64,000 bases of DNA from an uncultured Gammaproteobacteria bacterium (GTDB lineage Bacteria > Pseudomonadota > Gammaproteobacteria > JACCXJ01), in NCBI GenBank assembly GCA_963764725.1, contig CAVXTM010000001.1, forward strand, positions 256,001 through 320,000. The letters run 5' to 3'. A model generated the notes under the pieces. The model was not told the DNA's origin and did no database searches. It saw nothing but the letters and a program-made list of their open reading frames with translations. A program made the position numbers and the translations under genes. Of the stretch, positions 41,111 through 51,769 are shown one piece after another (position 1 is the stretch's first letter; every line of letters starts with the position of its first letter).

Positions 41111-41785
41111 ATGCAGCAGCCAACGCTTCGTGAAGCTATTGTCGCTACGGCGCGAGAGCTCAGCGCCAGCGGTTTAAACGTCGGCACCGCGGGCAATCTT
41201 GCGGTGCGTACCGCAGACGCCTTCCTGGTCACGCCGACCGGAATACCCTATGCGGATCTCAAGTCCGAGCACATCGTCGAAGTTACGCTCGCAGGGGAGG
41301 TGCGCGGTCGGACCCTGCGTCCATCGAGCGAATGGCGCATCCACCGCGACATTTTCATCGCCCGGCCCGAGGTCGGGGCTACGCTGCACGCCCATACTCC
41401 TCACGCCACCGCGTTGGCGTGTTGCCGCATGGGGATCCCGGCGTTTCACTACATGGTCGCCGTGGCCGGCGATCGCAGCATCCCGTGCGCACCGTACGCG
41501 GCCTTTGGAACCCAAGCGCTCTCGGATCACGTGGTCGGCGCTTTAAGAGGCCGGCGAGCCTGCCTGATGGCCAACCACGGGATGATGGTCGTGGGCATCG
41601 CCTTAAAAGACGCGTCGCGCTTAGCCCAGGAGGTGGAATTTCTCGCCCGGCTCTATTGCATGTCGTTACAAATCGGCGCGCCGGTGATCCTATCGAATGC
41701 CGAGATGGCGGAAGTCTTAGAACGATTCCGAACCTATGGCCAGCAATCCAATGATAGCGAGATTTCACCTACTTCTAGTCGTTAA
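41111..41785 (+). CDS. class II aldolase/adducin family (FucA/Ald2-like)
   Basis: PSSEWRIH, HAH, ANHG. Confidence 0.88.
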   Translation: MQQPTLREAIVATARELSASGLNVGTAGNLAVRTADAFLVTPTGIPYADLKSEHIVEVTLAGEVRGRTLRPSSEWRIHRDIFIARPEVGATLHAHTPHATALACCRMGIPAFHYMVAVAGDRSIPCAPYAAFGTQALSDHVVGALRGRRACLMANHGMMVVGIALKDASRLAQEVEFLARLYCMSLQIGAPVILSNAEMAEVLERFRTYGQQSNDSEISPTSSR

Positions 41786-41916
41786 GGATTGGACACGAAC
41801 CGGGCTTTTATACAGGCATGCTCGGTTGCCGTGAGGGCCGAAGCAGCGGGACCTGGGCCTATTTTGACTGCGCACCGGAAATAAGTCGATAGCCCGGTGC
41901 TTGCGCGCGCGAACGC

Positions 41917-42729
41917 TTAACCGGCTTGAAGCGTCTGAAATAATTCTTTGAGCTTCTCGCCCGGATCCGGCGCTGCCATGAAGGTTTCACCGACAAGGAA
42001 GGCGTGGACCCCATGGCGCCGCATCAACTGCACGTCCTCGGGCGTGCGGATCCCGCTTTCGGTAACGACGATGCGGTCATCCAGAACATCGACCAGGAGG
42101 CGGATAGTAGTCTGCAGATCGGTCGTGAATGTACGCAAATCGCGATTGTTAATGCCGATCAGGGGCGTACGCAGCATGATCCCCCGTTCGAGTTCCTCGC
42201 GGTCGTGAACCTCAACGAGCACATCGAGCCCGATTTCGCACGCCAAAGCGGACAGCTCTCGCAACCGCCGGTCGTTTAACGCCGCCACGATCAACAAAAT
42301 GCAATCCGCGCCGAGGGCTCTCGCTTCGTACACCTGATAAGGGTCAATGACAAAGTCTTTTCTCAAGACCGGCAGCGCGCACGCCGCGCGCGCCTCCTTC
42401 AAGTGCGGATCGGCGCCTTGAAAAAAACGACTATCCGTCAACACCGACAAGCACGCCGCACCAGCGCGTGCATAACTCATGGCAATCGGCGCGGGCTGGA
42501 AATCCTCTCGTATAATCCCACGGCTAGGTGATGCCCGTTTCAGCTCCGCGATGACCGCCGGGCGTCCGGAAACTATGCGCTCGCGGATCGCCGTGGTGAA
42601 CCCACGCGTCGCGCCGGCATCCCTGGCACGCGCCCGAATCTCATCGAACGTACGGCCTACCTTACGCGCCGCAACTTCTTCCCGTTTATGGCGTAGGATG
42701 TCCGCAAGCGCGTTTCCTGAGTTAATCAT
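41917..42729 (-). CDS. trpC: indole-3-glycerol phosphate synthase
   Basis: [30 protein letters not shown]. Confidence 0.96.
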   Translation of the reverse strand: MINSGNALADILRHKREEVAARKVGRTFDEIRARARDAGATRGFTTAIRERIVSGRPAVIAELKRASPSRGIIREDFQPAPIAMSYARAGAACLSVLTDSRFFQGADPHLKEARAACALPVLRKDFVIDPYQVYEARALGADCILLIVAALNDRRLRELSALACEIGLDVLVEVHDREELERGIMLRTPLIGINNRDLRTFTTDLQTTIRLLVDVLDDRIVVTESGIRTPEDVQLMRRHGVHAFLVGETFMAAPDPGEKLKELFQTLQAG

Positions 42730-43367
42730 TTAGTTCGTGATCCGAAACATCAATTCTGGAGAAGTTGGAAGACCGCCAGCGCTCGCGTTCGCGTCCGGCC
42801 GCCCTATTTCGATACCCTGTTCGAACGCATTGCCATGGCATCCGGCGATTAGTCATATCCACCCTTTTGCTCCCGTGGCCCTACCCTTGGCGCTCTGGCT
42901 CCTAGCGCGACACACACAATGGGCCGATTTTACGCGTCGTTCAATTATTGTTCGCCCGGCTCGGTGACGGGATACCGGCTACTGGCCTGTCACTACGGTT
43001 TCCGGCTCATCCACAATGAAGACATCAAAACACCTTGCCGACTTACAAGGCATCCTGCGCATTCTCGGCATCATTGGCCGTCGAGGCACGGAGCGCGCGC
43101 CTCGGTATGCCGCATGGGTCAGCGAAGTGGGATGGGTCCGCTATCGAATCCTGGCTTTCGAGGCGACGTAATAGCCTGGACACATTCCGGGCCTAGCATC
43201 GGGTTTTGCGCCGAACTCATTGACAGCGCACGCGAGTCCCCACCGTCCCAGAGCTAATTAACGACATTCACGCACGAACCAATTCACCCTGTTCGAGTAC
43301 GAATCTTGCACTATAAACTACTGCCTTAGTCGAATGTTAGCTACCACCGCACCGAGTACATAGATAC

Positions 43368-44396
43368 ATGGGAAACGCCGTCGCCATAACCCAACAGAAT
43401 TCACTTGTGGATGGCCCCGGCGTGCCCCTTTACCAAGTCTCGGCGAAAACTCTTCCATCCGACCAGGATCTCATGGAGCGGCTCAATGGCCGCTTTGCTC
43501 CCATTCACCTTCGCCAGCGCCTCGGATTTGAGTCCGACCATGAAGCCTCGGTATTTGGTCAAGGATTGAAGTTCTTCCATCTGGAGAACTGGTATTCCGT
43601 GCACTCACTGATCCGCACTAGCTTGCGTCTATCATTGCTGCTGGGACGCGGACGGCGCAATGCGCGTCGTATTGAGCTGCGTCATAACGTGGTTCCGATC
43701 TCCGGCCTCCCGGATGCCTTTGAAGGATTGAAGATCCTGCACCTCAGCGATTTGCATATCGATATGTACGGGGAATTCCCTCAGGTTTTGGCGGAGCGCG
43801 TTCAGGCAATCGACTACGATATTTGCGTGATGACCGGCGATTATCGCTATAAGACCTTCGGAAATTGCGAAGCGGCGCTGAAGGGCTTAGAGCGCTTGCG
43901 TTCGCAACTCAAGGATCCTATTTATGCGGTCCTGGGAAATCACGACTCGGTGAAAATGGTGCCGCCCATGGAGGACCTGGGCATACGCGTACTGCTAAAT
44001 GAGTCCATCGCCATCAATCGGGGCGAGGCGGTGCTGCATTTAGCCGGAATCGATGACCCCCATTACTACCGCACCGATAATTTGGAGCGTGCCCGCGAGG
44101 ACATCGATCCTCGCAACGTCTCTGTTCTGCTTGCGCATTCACCCGAGATATACAAGCAAGCGGCTTATGCGGGTTTCAAACTGTTGCTCTGCGGGCATAC
44201 CCATGGAGGTCAAATCTGCCTGCCCGGACAATGGCCGATTATTTATGACGCCAAATGCCCCCGCCGGATGGCGCGTGGCGCCTGGCACTACCGCGATCTT
44301 CAAGGTTATACCTCGGCGGGCGCGGGTTCATCCATGGTGGAGGTAAGAATCAACTGCCCGCCGGAGATAACGGTCCACTGCCTGCGCCACTCGTAG
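43368..44396 (+). CDS. YkuE-like metallophosphoesterase
   Basis: SDLH, TGD, GNHD, GHTHGGQ. Confidence 0.9.
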   Translation: MGNAVAITQQNSLVDGPGVPLYQVSAKTLPSDQDLMERLNGRFAPIHLRQRLGFESDHEASVFGQGLKFFHLENWYSVHSLIRTSLRLSLLLGRGRRNARRIELRHNVVPISGLPDAFEGLKILHLSDLHIDMYGEFPQVLAERVQAIDYDICVMTGDYRYKTFGNCEAALKGLERLRSQLKDPIYAVLGNHDSVKMVPPMEDLGIRVLLNESIAINRGEAVLHLAGIDDPHYYRTDNLERAREDIDPRNVSVLLAHSPEIYKQAAYAGFKLLLCGHTHGGQICLPGQWPIIYDAKCPRRMARGAWHYRDLQGYTSAGAGSSMVEVRINCPPEITVHCLRHS

Positions 44397-44486
44397 CAGC
44401 CGATGCGCTTGCGTCGGGCAGCGTCCCGCCTCTGCGCTTCACCCCCCGAAGCATGCACTAGAAACAACGATTCAGCTCGCTCCGAT

Positions 44487-44930
44487 TTAGCGCCGCTCGA
44501 ACACCTTGGTGTCGCCCGCGGAGTCAAACGACATAATTTCATAGGAGTCTTTTCGGTCCCCTTCCATGCCGGGAGAGCCCATGGGCATATCGGGTACGGC
44601 AATCCCTGTGACCTTGGGGCGTTCCGACAGCAGACGTTTGACCGCATCCGCCGGTACGTGTCCCTCGACCACATAGCCCTCGGCGATGGAGGTGTGACAG
44701 GCGGCCAGATGTCTAGGCACCGCATGCTTTCTTTTAATCTCGTCTAGGTTTCCTACATCAAGAGCCTTAACCTCAAAGCCGTTTTGACGCATGTGCTCGA
44801 CCCATTTCTTGCAGCATCCGCACTGCGCACTCTTGTATACCGTGATCTCCGCAGCCAGGGTTGCCATTGGAAACGCGGCAACCATAAGCGCAAAGCCCCC
44901 ACTCAAAAAGACATGCTTGATCATTGTCAT
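44487..44930 (-). CDS. DUF411 (CopG-like) periplasmic metal-binding protein
   Basis: CGCC, CHT, EGHVP, MPMGSPGME. Confidence 0.9.
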   Translation of the reverse strand: MTMIKHVFLSGGFALMVAAFPMATLAAEITVYKSAQCGCCKKWVEHMRQNGFEVKALDVGNLDEIKRKHAVPRHLAACHTSIAEGYVVEGHVPADAVKRLLSERPKVTGIAVPDMPMGSPGMEGDRKDSYEIMSFDSAGDTKVFERR

Positions 44931-45046
44931 GCTCGACTGCCCCTTGAACGAAAAAATACGTGCACGCCGAAGTGCTCGATAGACGCACCGGTGCCGGTAT
45001 GCATTCCGCGATGAATGCGCGCCGTGCTTGCTGAGGACTCCCCAGG

Positions 45047-45604
45047 TTGCTATTGTTCGCGCCTCGTTTTCGAGTAGAGATTGTAACGGTGCCGCTCACT
45101 AAAGCCGAGATCCAAGCGCTAGGCATAATTGTCGTCTTACTGTGCATTCCGGTATTAATGCGCGTTGAGGTGAAGAACAAGGCGTCGTGGGTGCTTTACT
45201 ATCCCGTCATACCCATCACCGCTTATTTACTGTATGAATGGGCGATCAAACTAAACATTCCCAGTTATGGCCTGCGCGTTGACCTGATATTGATGTGGCC
45301 AATCCTCGTGTTGCTGCTGGCGAAATCATGGTTCCGCTGGATGCAGCTCGGGAAAGAATCCAAGGTACCGATAACCGCAGCTTCGGAGCTCGCGATTACC
45401 TCCTTTCTCGCCGGTATGGTGGGTTTTAGTAACCCTTTCATCTGCCCGCTCATGGCCGTCGTTTACGGCCACCGCGCCATTTACCAATCGGAACATCAGG
45501 AGTTTAAGATGAAAAAGCTTGCCGGAGCGGGATTAATGGCTGGCTACGTTGGATTGTTCGTCAGCGCGATCGGCCTACTGGGCTATTTCTCACAAGGTCC
45601 CTAG
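45047..45604 (+). CDS. multi-pass membrane protein with DUF4190-like C-terminus
   Basis: Several hydrophobic segments, AVVYGHRA, LAGAGL; start uncertain. Confidence 0.6.
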   Translation: MLLFAPRFRVEIVTVPLTKAEIQALGIIVVLLCIPVLMRVEVKNKASWVLYYPVIPITAYLLYEWAIKLNIPSYGLRVDLILMWPILVLLLAKSWFRWMQLGKESKVPITAASELAITSFLAGMVGFSNPFICPLMAVVYGHRAIYQSEHQEFKMKKLAGAGLMAGYVGLFVSAIGLLGYFSQGP

Positions 45605-45963
45605 CCGCACTCGGCAGCGCCGAGGCACGCTTCATTTTGTACGCGGCGCGTTATTGGATATCGCAAAATATCGGCCAATACGCCCACGACGTCGCTAATT
45701 TTATGATTCCACTTGCAAACGCGGCTTTGAAAAGAACGAAGGCCCGATTGCGACTACCGTCGCCCGCAGTAGCGTTCGATGCGTAAACCATTTCAATGCG
45801 AAACGGTAAACGGTTTGAACTACCCATTGAAATCCATATGTTCCAACGCCATTATTACTAAAAATCAAACTTGCCCGTCCGAGTGAGCTAGCAATCATTT
45901 GGTCTCATGGACCGTGTGGGGTCGGCTCGGGCAACCCCACGGCACAAGAATAACGAGGTCGTC

Positions 45964-46776
45964 ATGAAAAAAAGCATAAAATCAGCCTTGGGCGGGAAGG
46001 AATCGCGGCGAAACGGAAATGCACACATGGATCTCGACGCGGTACGCAACGCTTATCGGCGCTACGCGGGGTTCTACGACGTCTATTTTGGTCCGGTAAT
46101 GCAGAAGGGCCGTCACACGGCGATCAGGAAGATGGGGTGCAATCCTGGGGATCGGATCCTAGAAGTCGGCGTCGGCACCGGGCTCACGCTCGATTTGTAC
46201 CCACCGAACGTCGAGATCACGGGAATTGATGTGTCCTCAGAAATGCTTGAGCGCGCCCGCGCTCGTAAGGAACGCCTTGGCCTCGACCACGTTGTCGCTC
46301 TGAGCGTGATGGATGCAGAACGGACGCATTTCAGCGATCATACCTTCGACAAGGTTGCCGCGATTTATGTGGCCTCTGTCGTGCCCCATCCAGAACGCCT
46401 CGTAAACGAGATGCGCCGAGTCTGTAAACCCGGTGGCGAACTGTTTTTTCTAAACCATTTCAAGAGCCGAAATCGAGTGCTGGGCGGTATCGAACGATTT
46501 CTTGCCCCCTTGTCGCGCCTTCTTGGCTTTAGAACGGACCTGTCATTGGATACGTTTATCCAGGAAACCAATCTCGATGTTATTGATAAAAGCCGCGCTA
46601 ACGTCTTTGGGTATTGGGTGTTGATTCGAGCGCGCAATAGTAGGACTCGTTACCCGCGGGCTTTAGATCGCGAAAGCGTATCGGTCAACACCGGCGCCTT
46701 CATCGCGGAGGAACCAGGTTCGCATATCGAGTACGTGCCGTGCTCGAACCAATCAAGGCCCCGGTCACCGCCGTAG
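45964..46776 (+). CDS. class I SAM methyltransferase, PmtA-like phospholipid N-methyltransferase
   Basis: AYRRYA..YD, LEVGVGTG, RRVCKPGG, NHF; GAGG RBS. Confidence 0.8.
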   Translation: MKKSIKSALGGKESRRNGNAHMDLDAVRNAYRRYAGFYDVYFGPVMQKGRHTAIRKMGCNPGDRILEVGVGTGLTLDLYPPNVEITGIDVSSEMLERARARKERLGLDHVVALSVMDAERTHFSDHTFDKVAAIYVASVVPHPERLVNEMRRVCKPGGELFFLNHFKSRNRVLGGIERFLAPLSRLLGFRTDLSLDTFIQETNLDVIDKSRANVFGYWVLIRARNSRTRYPRALDRESVSVNTGAFIAEEPGSHIEYVPCSNQSRPRSPP

Positions 46777-46782
46777 CGCCAG

Positions 46783-47481
46783 TTACCAGGTGATAAGCGT
46801 GCCGTCAAAATTCAAGAATTTGCCGCTGTCGGCGAGCGTGACCTTATCGATGAGCTCGCGTAACCGCCGGACGCTGTCCGGTGCGTCGATCTGGGCGTTA
46901 ACTCCGCCCATATCTGTCTTGACCCAACCGGGGTGCACCACCACAACGGCGATGTCCTTTGGCCGCAGATCGATCGCCGCGCTACGAACGATAGCGTTGA
47001 GCGCCGCTTTGGTAGAACGATACACATAGCTGCTACCGGAGGTGTTCTCGGACATGCTCGCCATCTTACTACCTAAGCAAACGATCATGCGCTTCTTGCT
47101 GCGCCCAACTGAGCCGATCAATGCCTCCATCATCTTCATTTGAGCGATCGCATTGACCCGGAAGGCTTCCAGCCACCGCGCTTCGTCCGTGGCGCCGAAC
47201 TGCGCATTTCTTTGCCCGTCGATACCGGCATTGTTAAGCAATAAGTCGATCGGCGTCTCGCCGATTGCTGACACTACCTCTTTGATTTGCTTTCGGTTCG
47301 CGATATCCAAGCGGTGAACGGTAACGTGCTGTTGCGACGCCGAAGCGAGTCGATTAAGGACTATGGCTTGTTCAGGATTACGACAGGTCGCAAACACCCG
47401 CCATCCGGCTTGAGCGTATTGGCGCACGAATTCCAGGCCAAGGCCCCTATTACAGCCCGTGATTAGGACCGTATAGCGCAT
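46783..47481 (-). CDS. short-chain dehydrogenase (CsgA-like)
   Basis: TGCNRGLG, NNAG, YRSTK, HPGWVKTDMG. Confidence 0.92.
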   Translation of the reverse strand: MRYTVLITGCNRGLGLEFVRQYAQAGWRVFATCRNPEQAIVLNRLASASQQHVTVHRLDIANRKQIKEVVSAIGETPIDLLLNNAGIDGQRNAQFGATDEARWLEAFRVNAIAQMKMMEALIGSVGRSKKRMIVCLGSKMASMSENTSGSSYVYRSTKAALNAIVRSAAIDLRPKDIAVVVVHPGWVKTDMGGVNAQIDAPDSVRRLRELIDKVTLADSGKFLNFDGTLITW

Positions 47482-47563
47482 GTCCGCTGGAGATCGCGTC
47501 CTTGAGAGCTATTACCCATGAAATAGCCTAAAAAGTAACGAGGCGCCTGGCGCTCCGCGTTGC

Positions 47564-48050
47564 TCATAAATCATTCATGACTTCTTGCCGTTTTGAATCG
47601 TATTCCTCGCGCGAAATCAAGCTCCCCGCCCGAGTTGTAGAACGATTGGCCCTTTACGGATACCGCCTCTCATGCGCCCTCGCCGCTCTCCCGGCCACCG
47701 GTCTTGGCCGGATAAAGACGCCGGTTGACCCCCGGTCCGCTCCGCGTATGTCCTTTTTCGCGGGATATCCCGCGGGTTGGTGGAGATCACCGAAGACCAG
47801 ATGCAGCTCCTATCCTTAGTAAAACACTCGTCCGCCAATAGTGACGCGTTCTTTAGCGAAAAAGAACGCCTTCTTTACGCCCTCGACCGCGAAGGTGGAC
47901 TCTTCCCGCAGCGTGGCTTCAACGCCCGTTTGCAAAGTCCTTCGCTAGCACACCAGATCTCTTAAAAAGCGAGAACACTCGGGTCGTACGAAAAAGGGTA
48001 CTTGAGTCCGATAAAAGGCTCAACTACGATCGCAACGGCGGATTCCGTGG
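47564..48050 (-). pseudogene. decayed SHOCT-domain protein (5' limit approximate)
   Basis: Hand translation gives GGRVFY*G*ELHLVFGDLH and C-terminal LISREEYDSKRQEVMNDL*; internal stops and frameshifts. Confidence 0.6.
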
Positions 48051-48104
48051 AGGAAACGGCTAGATTCGAGAAAAAACAAGCTGTTTTTAGATGCAAACTG
48101 TCCA

Positions 48105-49070
48105 GTACCAGCCCAAAAAATCCACCGACGCCAAATACCTCCGAGTCATGCTCCCTGCCGTCAAACCATTCTCTGATTGGATCCATTTACAGTTGTTGGC
48201 AATGCATTCTTTTCAGAACAGCGAGTCTGGACCGTGGATGCCACCGAGATCGATGAGACCTCCTTCGAACTCGATACGCCTTGATTCGCCGTATTGAATC
48301 CGATCTTCTTCCGGTTATTCGAGAAGAGGTAGCTGATCTGCGCTAACCATCCATCCTACTCGCGCTCCTCTCCAGCCCAATAGGAGCGCGTCCTCATCCA
48401 GAATCACCGTGCTACCGAGGGCTTCGCCCGTATTACCGGACACGGATACCCCAACGCCCTCCCAACCGACCATGACCCCGTCAGCCACATCCAAAGCTTC
48501 CACCTTGGCTCCCGCGCGGCGCGCCGGTCTAATCCGCGTCAACCGATCTTAAGATGCCGATCTCGACCTGGAAGCCGCAGTACCCGGAGTCTTATAGGAG
48601 GACCGGACAGTTTAGGTCGGATAGAGATAACCATAACCGCTGTGGTGGATGGCAAGACTGGCTGCATCACTGCTCCTATAAAAAGTGCGGCCAACGCCAA
48701 TGCTAAAGCCCATGTCGTGGGGAGGTAGTTCTGTCGTTGGGAGAGCCCCAAAGCACGGCCCACACTCACGGTACCCTTGCTCCCATCGACATTGAAAAAT
48801 ACCTCGCGCATATCGATTTCCAATCCTGTACCCTAGTCGTTGGGGTTTTTGCTACTGTGCGTCTGAATCATCGGCGCTATATTGAAGGCGAAAAACGCAA
48901 GCAGAAGAACGTTTCGCACCCCAGAGCTATCCTCACGCTACGCTGAAACCTGACTTCCCACCCGTTGTTGCAGCCGACCCCCACCACGGCATTGGCAGTA
49001 CTCGCCGCAAACGACCACTGCGGCCAAGTGCAGGAGTCCCGTCCAACGAACGCCGTTCCCCTTCCGTCAT
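48105..49070 (-). pseudogene. decayed outer-membrane porin
   Basis: GGAGG+ATG, then fragments ANAVVGVG..NGWEV, VRN..LAFFAFNI, IDMREVFFNVDGS.GTVSVGR, GEALGST, DSEVFGVGGFF across frames with stops. Confidence 0.7.
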
Positions 49071-49464
49071 ACAACCCTCCAGGTATGCGTTGAAGAATGC
49101 CTCCGTAGTTTACTCATTATCGCCACCGTATTGAGGATGCATTAAGATGCTCGCAAAACTGTATTCACAACACAACTTACCGGATTATTAAAGCTATGCT
49201 TGTATAAACGCAACGAGAATGTTTTTCGATACATGCAATGTTGCTATTCTACAACGCACTTATCCGGGCTACCCACATTCATAGGCTTGTTGCCCGCGGG
49301 GTTATAGAAACTAATGACGCGTCCAGCAGTCTGGATGGCTACATTCCTTTCTATGACGTATATCGATTATGAAGTGCAAATCGAGAATCTTTTTATACGT
49401 ATACATATATACAGTTACTGCGCATATCCGGCAGTAGTCGTTAATCACATCAAGGAGATTTTGT

Positions 49465-49968
49465 ATGGAAGATCTTAGGTTGTGGCTCTGGGTGACGATG
49501 CCCATCATGTTCGTATTCGGTATAGTAGTCGGCCGTTTTTTCTCAACCGGGGCAAAACGTATAAAGGCGCTCAAGGCAGAAATCGAACAAATGAGAGCCG
49601 ATCTGGATAAGACGCGGTCGGAGTTCGATCAGACGAGGATGGCCCTTGAAAAGTCGCAATCGGACTCCGATGAATACCACCAGAGGGTGACTGATCATTT
49701 TTCTAAGGCCGCGGATCTTTTTAATAGCTTAACGGTAAATTATCGAGCGGTTTATGAGCATCTCGCAAAAAGCTCCCTAAACCTGTGCGACGAGCACATG
49801 GTAATGCTCAGTGATAACGTCCCTGAAGGCCGCCGCATCCGGACAAACGAAACGCGTGCTAAACCCCACGGGGCTCTGAGGGCGAACGGCGTCCGCACAC
49901 CGAGCGCAAGTACATCCGAAACCTCTTCGGCTCATACCGAACCGAATGCTGAGTCTTTCGAAAAATAA
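49465..49968 (+). CDS. YhcB/ZapG (DUF1043) family protein
   Basis: N-terminal TM, coiled coil, VTDHFSKAADL...YRAVYEHLA; AGGAG RBS. Confidence 0.85.
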   Translation: MEDLRLWLWVTMPIMFVFGIVVGRFFSTGAKRIKALKAEIEQMRADLDKTRSEFDQTRMALEKSQSDSDEYHQRVTDHFSKAADLFNSLTVNYRAVYEHLAKSSLNLCDEHMVMLSDNVPEGRRIRTNETRAKPHGALRANGVRTPSASTSETSSAHTEPNAESFEK

Positions 49969-50190
49969 AATTCGCAGACCTAATATATGCCCACTCCAAA
50001 CGGAGGAGTCGCGAGAGCGTACCGCAGGTTCTTTTTCGGAGCGGCTAGTTCACGATCTATAGAACACCCGCTATGGCAGCATGCATCGATTCAATACGTT
50101 CTACGGTCGGACCGTTTTGTGAATAGCATTATTCTTCCCGCGTTTTCTCACCGTCTTCATTTCATTTTCGTATAAACCCCTGGTCAATCC

Positions 50191-51442
50191 CTGAGGTATC
50201 CCCTCAAAAATAGTTTTCCAAACAACGAGATAAAGTTGAATTGCTGAGGAACCTGCATGGTGTCTGATGATCTCAAGGAAGTGTTAGGAGCTTACAGGAG
50301 GTCACACCATGCAGGCGCGAGAAGTATTACACAAATTGCTGATTCAAACGTGCGGGGAGATGCACGCTGTGCGACGAGAGGCACTGGAGACGATGGTCTG
50401 GGCGGGTCTGACATGGCAGCGGATGACGGTAACCGGCTTGGGCCGCGCTATTGGGGGTATTGCCCGCGAGAAGCACAACATCAAGCGCGATCGGTTGCTG
50501 TCGAACGGACATCTGCAGTTGGAACGCGAGGCGATGTATGGGGTGTTGGCGCAACGGTTGGTAGGACAGCAGAAACATCCGGTGCTGCTGGTCGATTGGT
50601 CAGATCTGGACGAATGGCGGCGCAATCAGGTGTTACGCGTGTCACTGGCGGTCGAGGGAAGCACTTACAGTGTACGAGGAAGTGCACGGTCGCAAGACGG
50701 CGGTAAAGCCGAAGACCCATGTACAGTTTCTGTGTCGACTGCAAGCAGTGCTGCCGCCCGGGTGTCAACCCATTTTGGTGATAGACGCCGGCTTCAAGAC
50801 GCCCTGGTTTCAGGCGGTGGAGGCGTTGGGATGGTACTGGGTGTCGCGGGTGCGTGACCGGCGCTATGTCAAGCTCGGTAGCGAGAGCGAGTGGATATCG
50901 GTTAACTCGCTGCACCCACAGGCGGCGGTTGGCCCGTAGTCAGGCCTATGTCTGCCAACTGGTGATCTACAAAGGCAAGGCCAAGGGGCGCCATGAAATC
51001 AACCGCTACGGCAAGCGCTCTACCGGCTAGCCGCAAGCTCGCCCATAGAGTGGTACAGATCTATCGCCAACGCATGCAGATCGAAGAGAGCTTCCGCGAT
51101 GCGCCCGGTTTGGTCTGGCGCTCGAGTTTCATCGTAGCCGTGACCCACAGCGGCTGGCGATCCTGCTCATCTTGGCCCTCGCGCTGCTGGTGTTGTGGCT
51201 CATCGGCAGCATCGCCAAGGAACGCGGACTGATGCGTCACTATCAGGCCAATACCGTGCGGCACCGGGAAGTCCTATCCGTGATCTTTCGCGGCATTTGT
51301 ATCATCGAACGGGCACAGGATCACTTCACAGCAGCCGAATTATGCATCGCGTGGCGAAGCGTCCATCGCATTAACGCAACGGCATGCGACTATCAGTCAT
51401 GACAATCACGCTTGACGCGATAATTTCGTGGGGATCTCTCAG
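50191..51442 (+). mobile_element. defective IS4-family (IS10-like) insertion sequence
   Basis: Ends CTGAGGTATCCCC and rc CTGAGAGATCCCC; 9-bp flanks GGTCAATCC/CGTCAATCC; frameshifted transposase (KHNIKR.DRLL, DAGFKTPWF, YRQRMQIEESFRD). Confidence 0.9.
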
Positions 51443-51769
51443 CGTCAATCCGGAAATCCGATCTCTTAAGACGTGCTAAGGTTAAGAATTTCATCTGTAA
51501 AATTAAAGGAAAGCCATCATTGTGTCGCTTTATTATTTCCTGAGAATTTAGGGGATCGTTCAGCAGCGTTTCTGCCCTAACGTGTGACGTGACAATAGCG
51601 GCGCCCGTGCTGCAACGAGTCTGCGGAAAGGTTCGCGAATTCCCGGTGACCCTACACACTTAAGCGACAAATTAGCCGTTTCCTTAGCAATTCAGAAGCT
51701 AACGAACACACAACAGCGCGAGCGGCATAATGCGTTCACCATGCAAAACAACTGATTCAGCATACGGGT

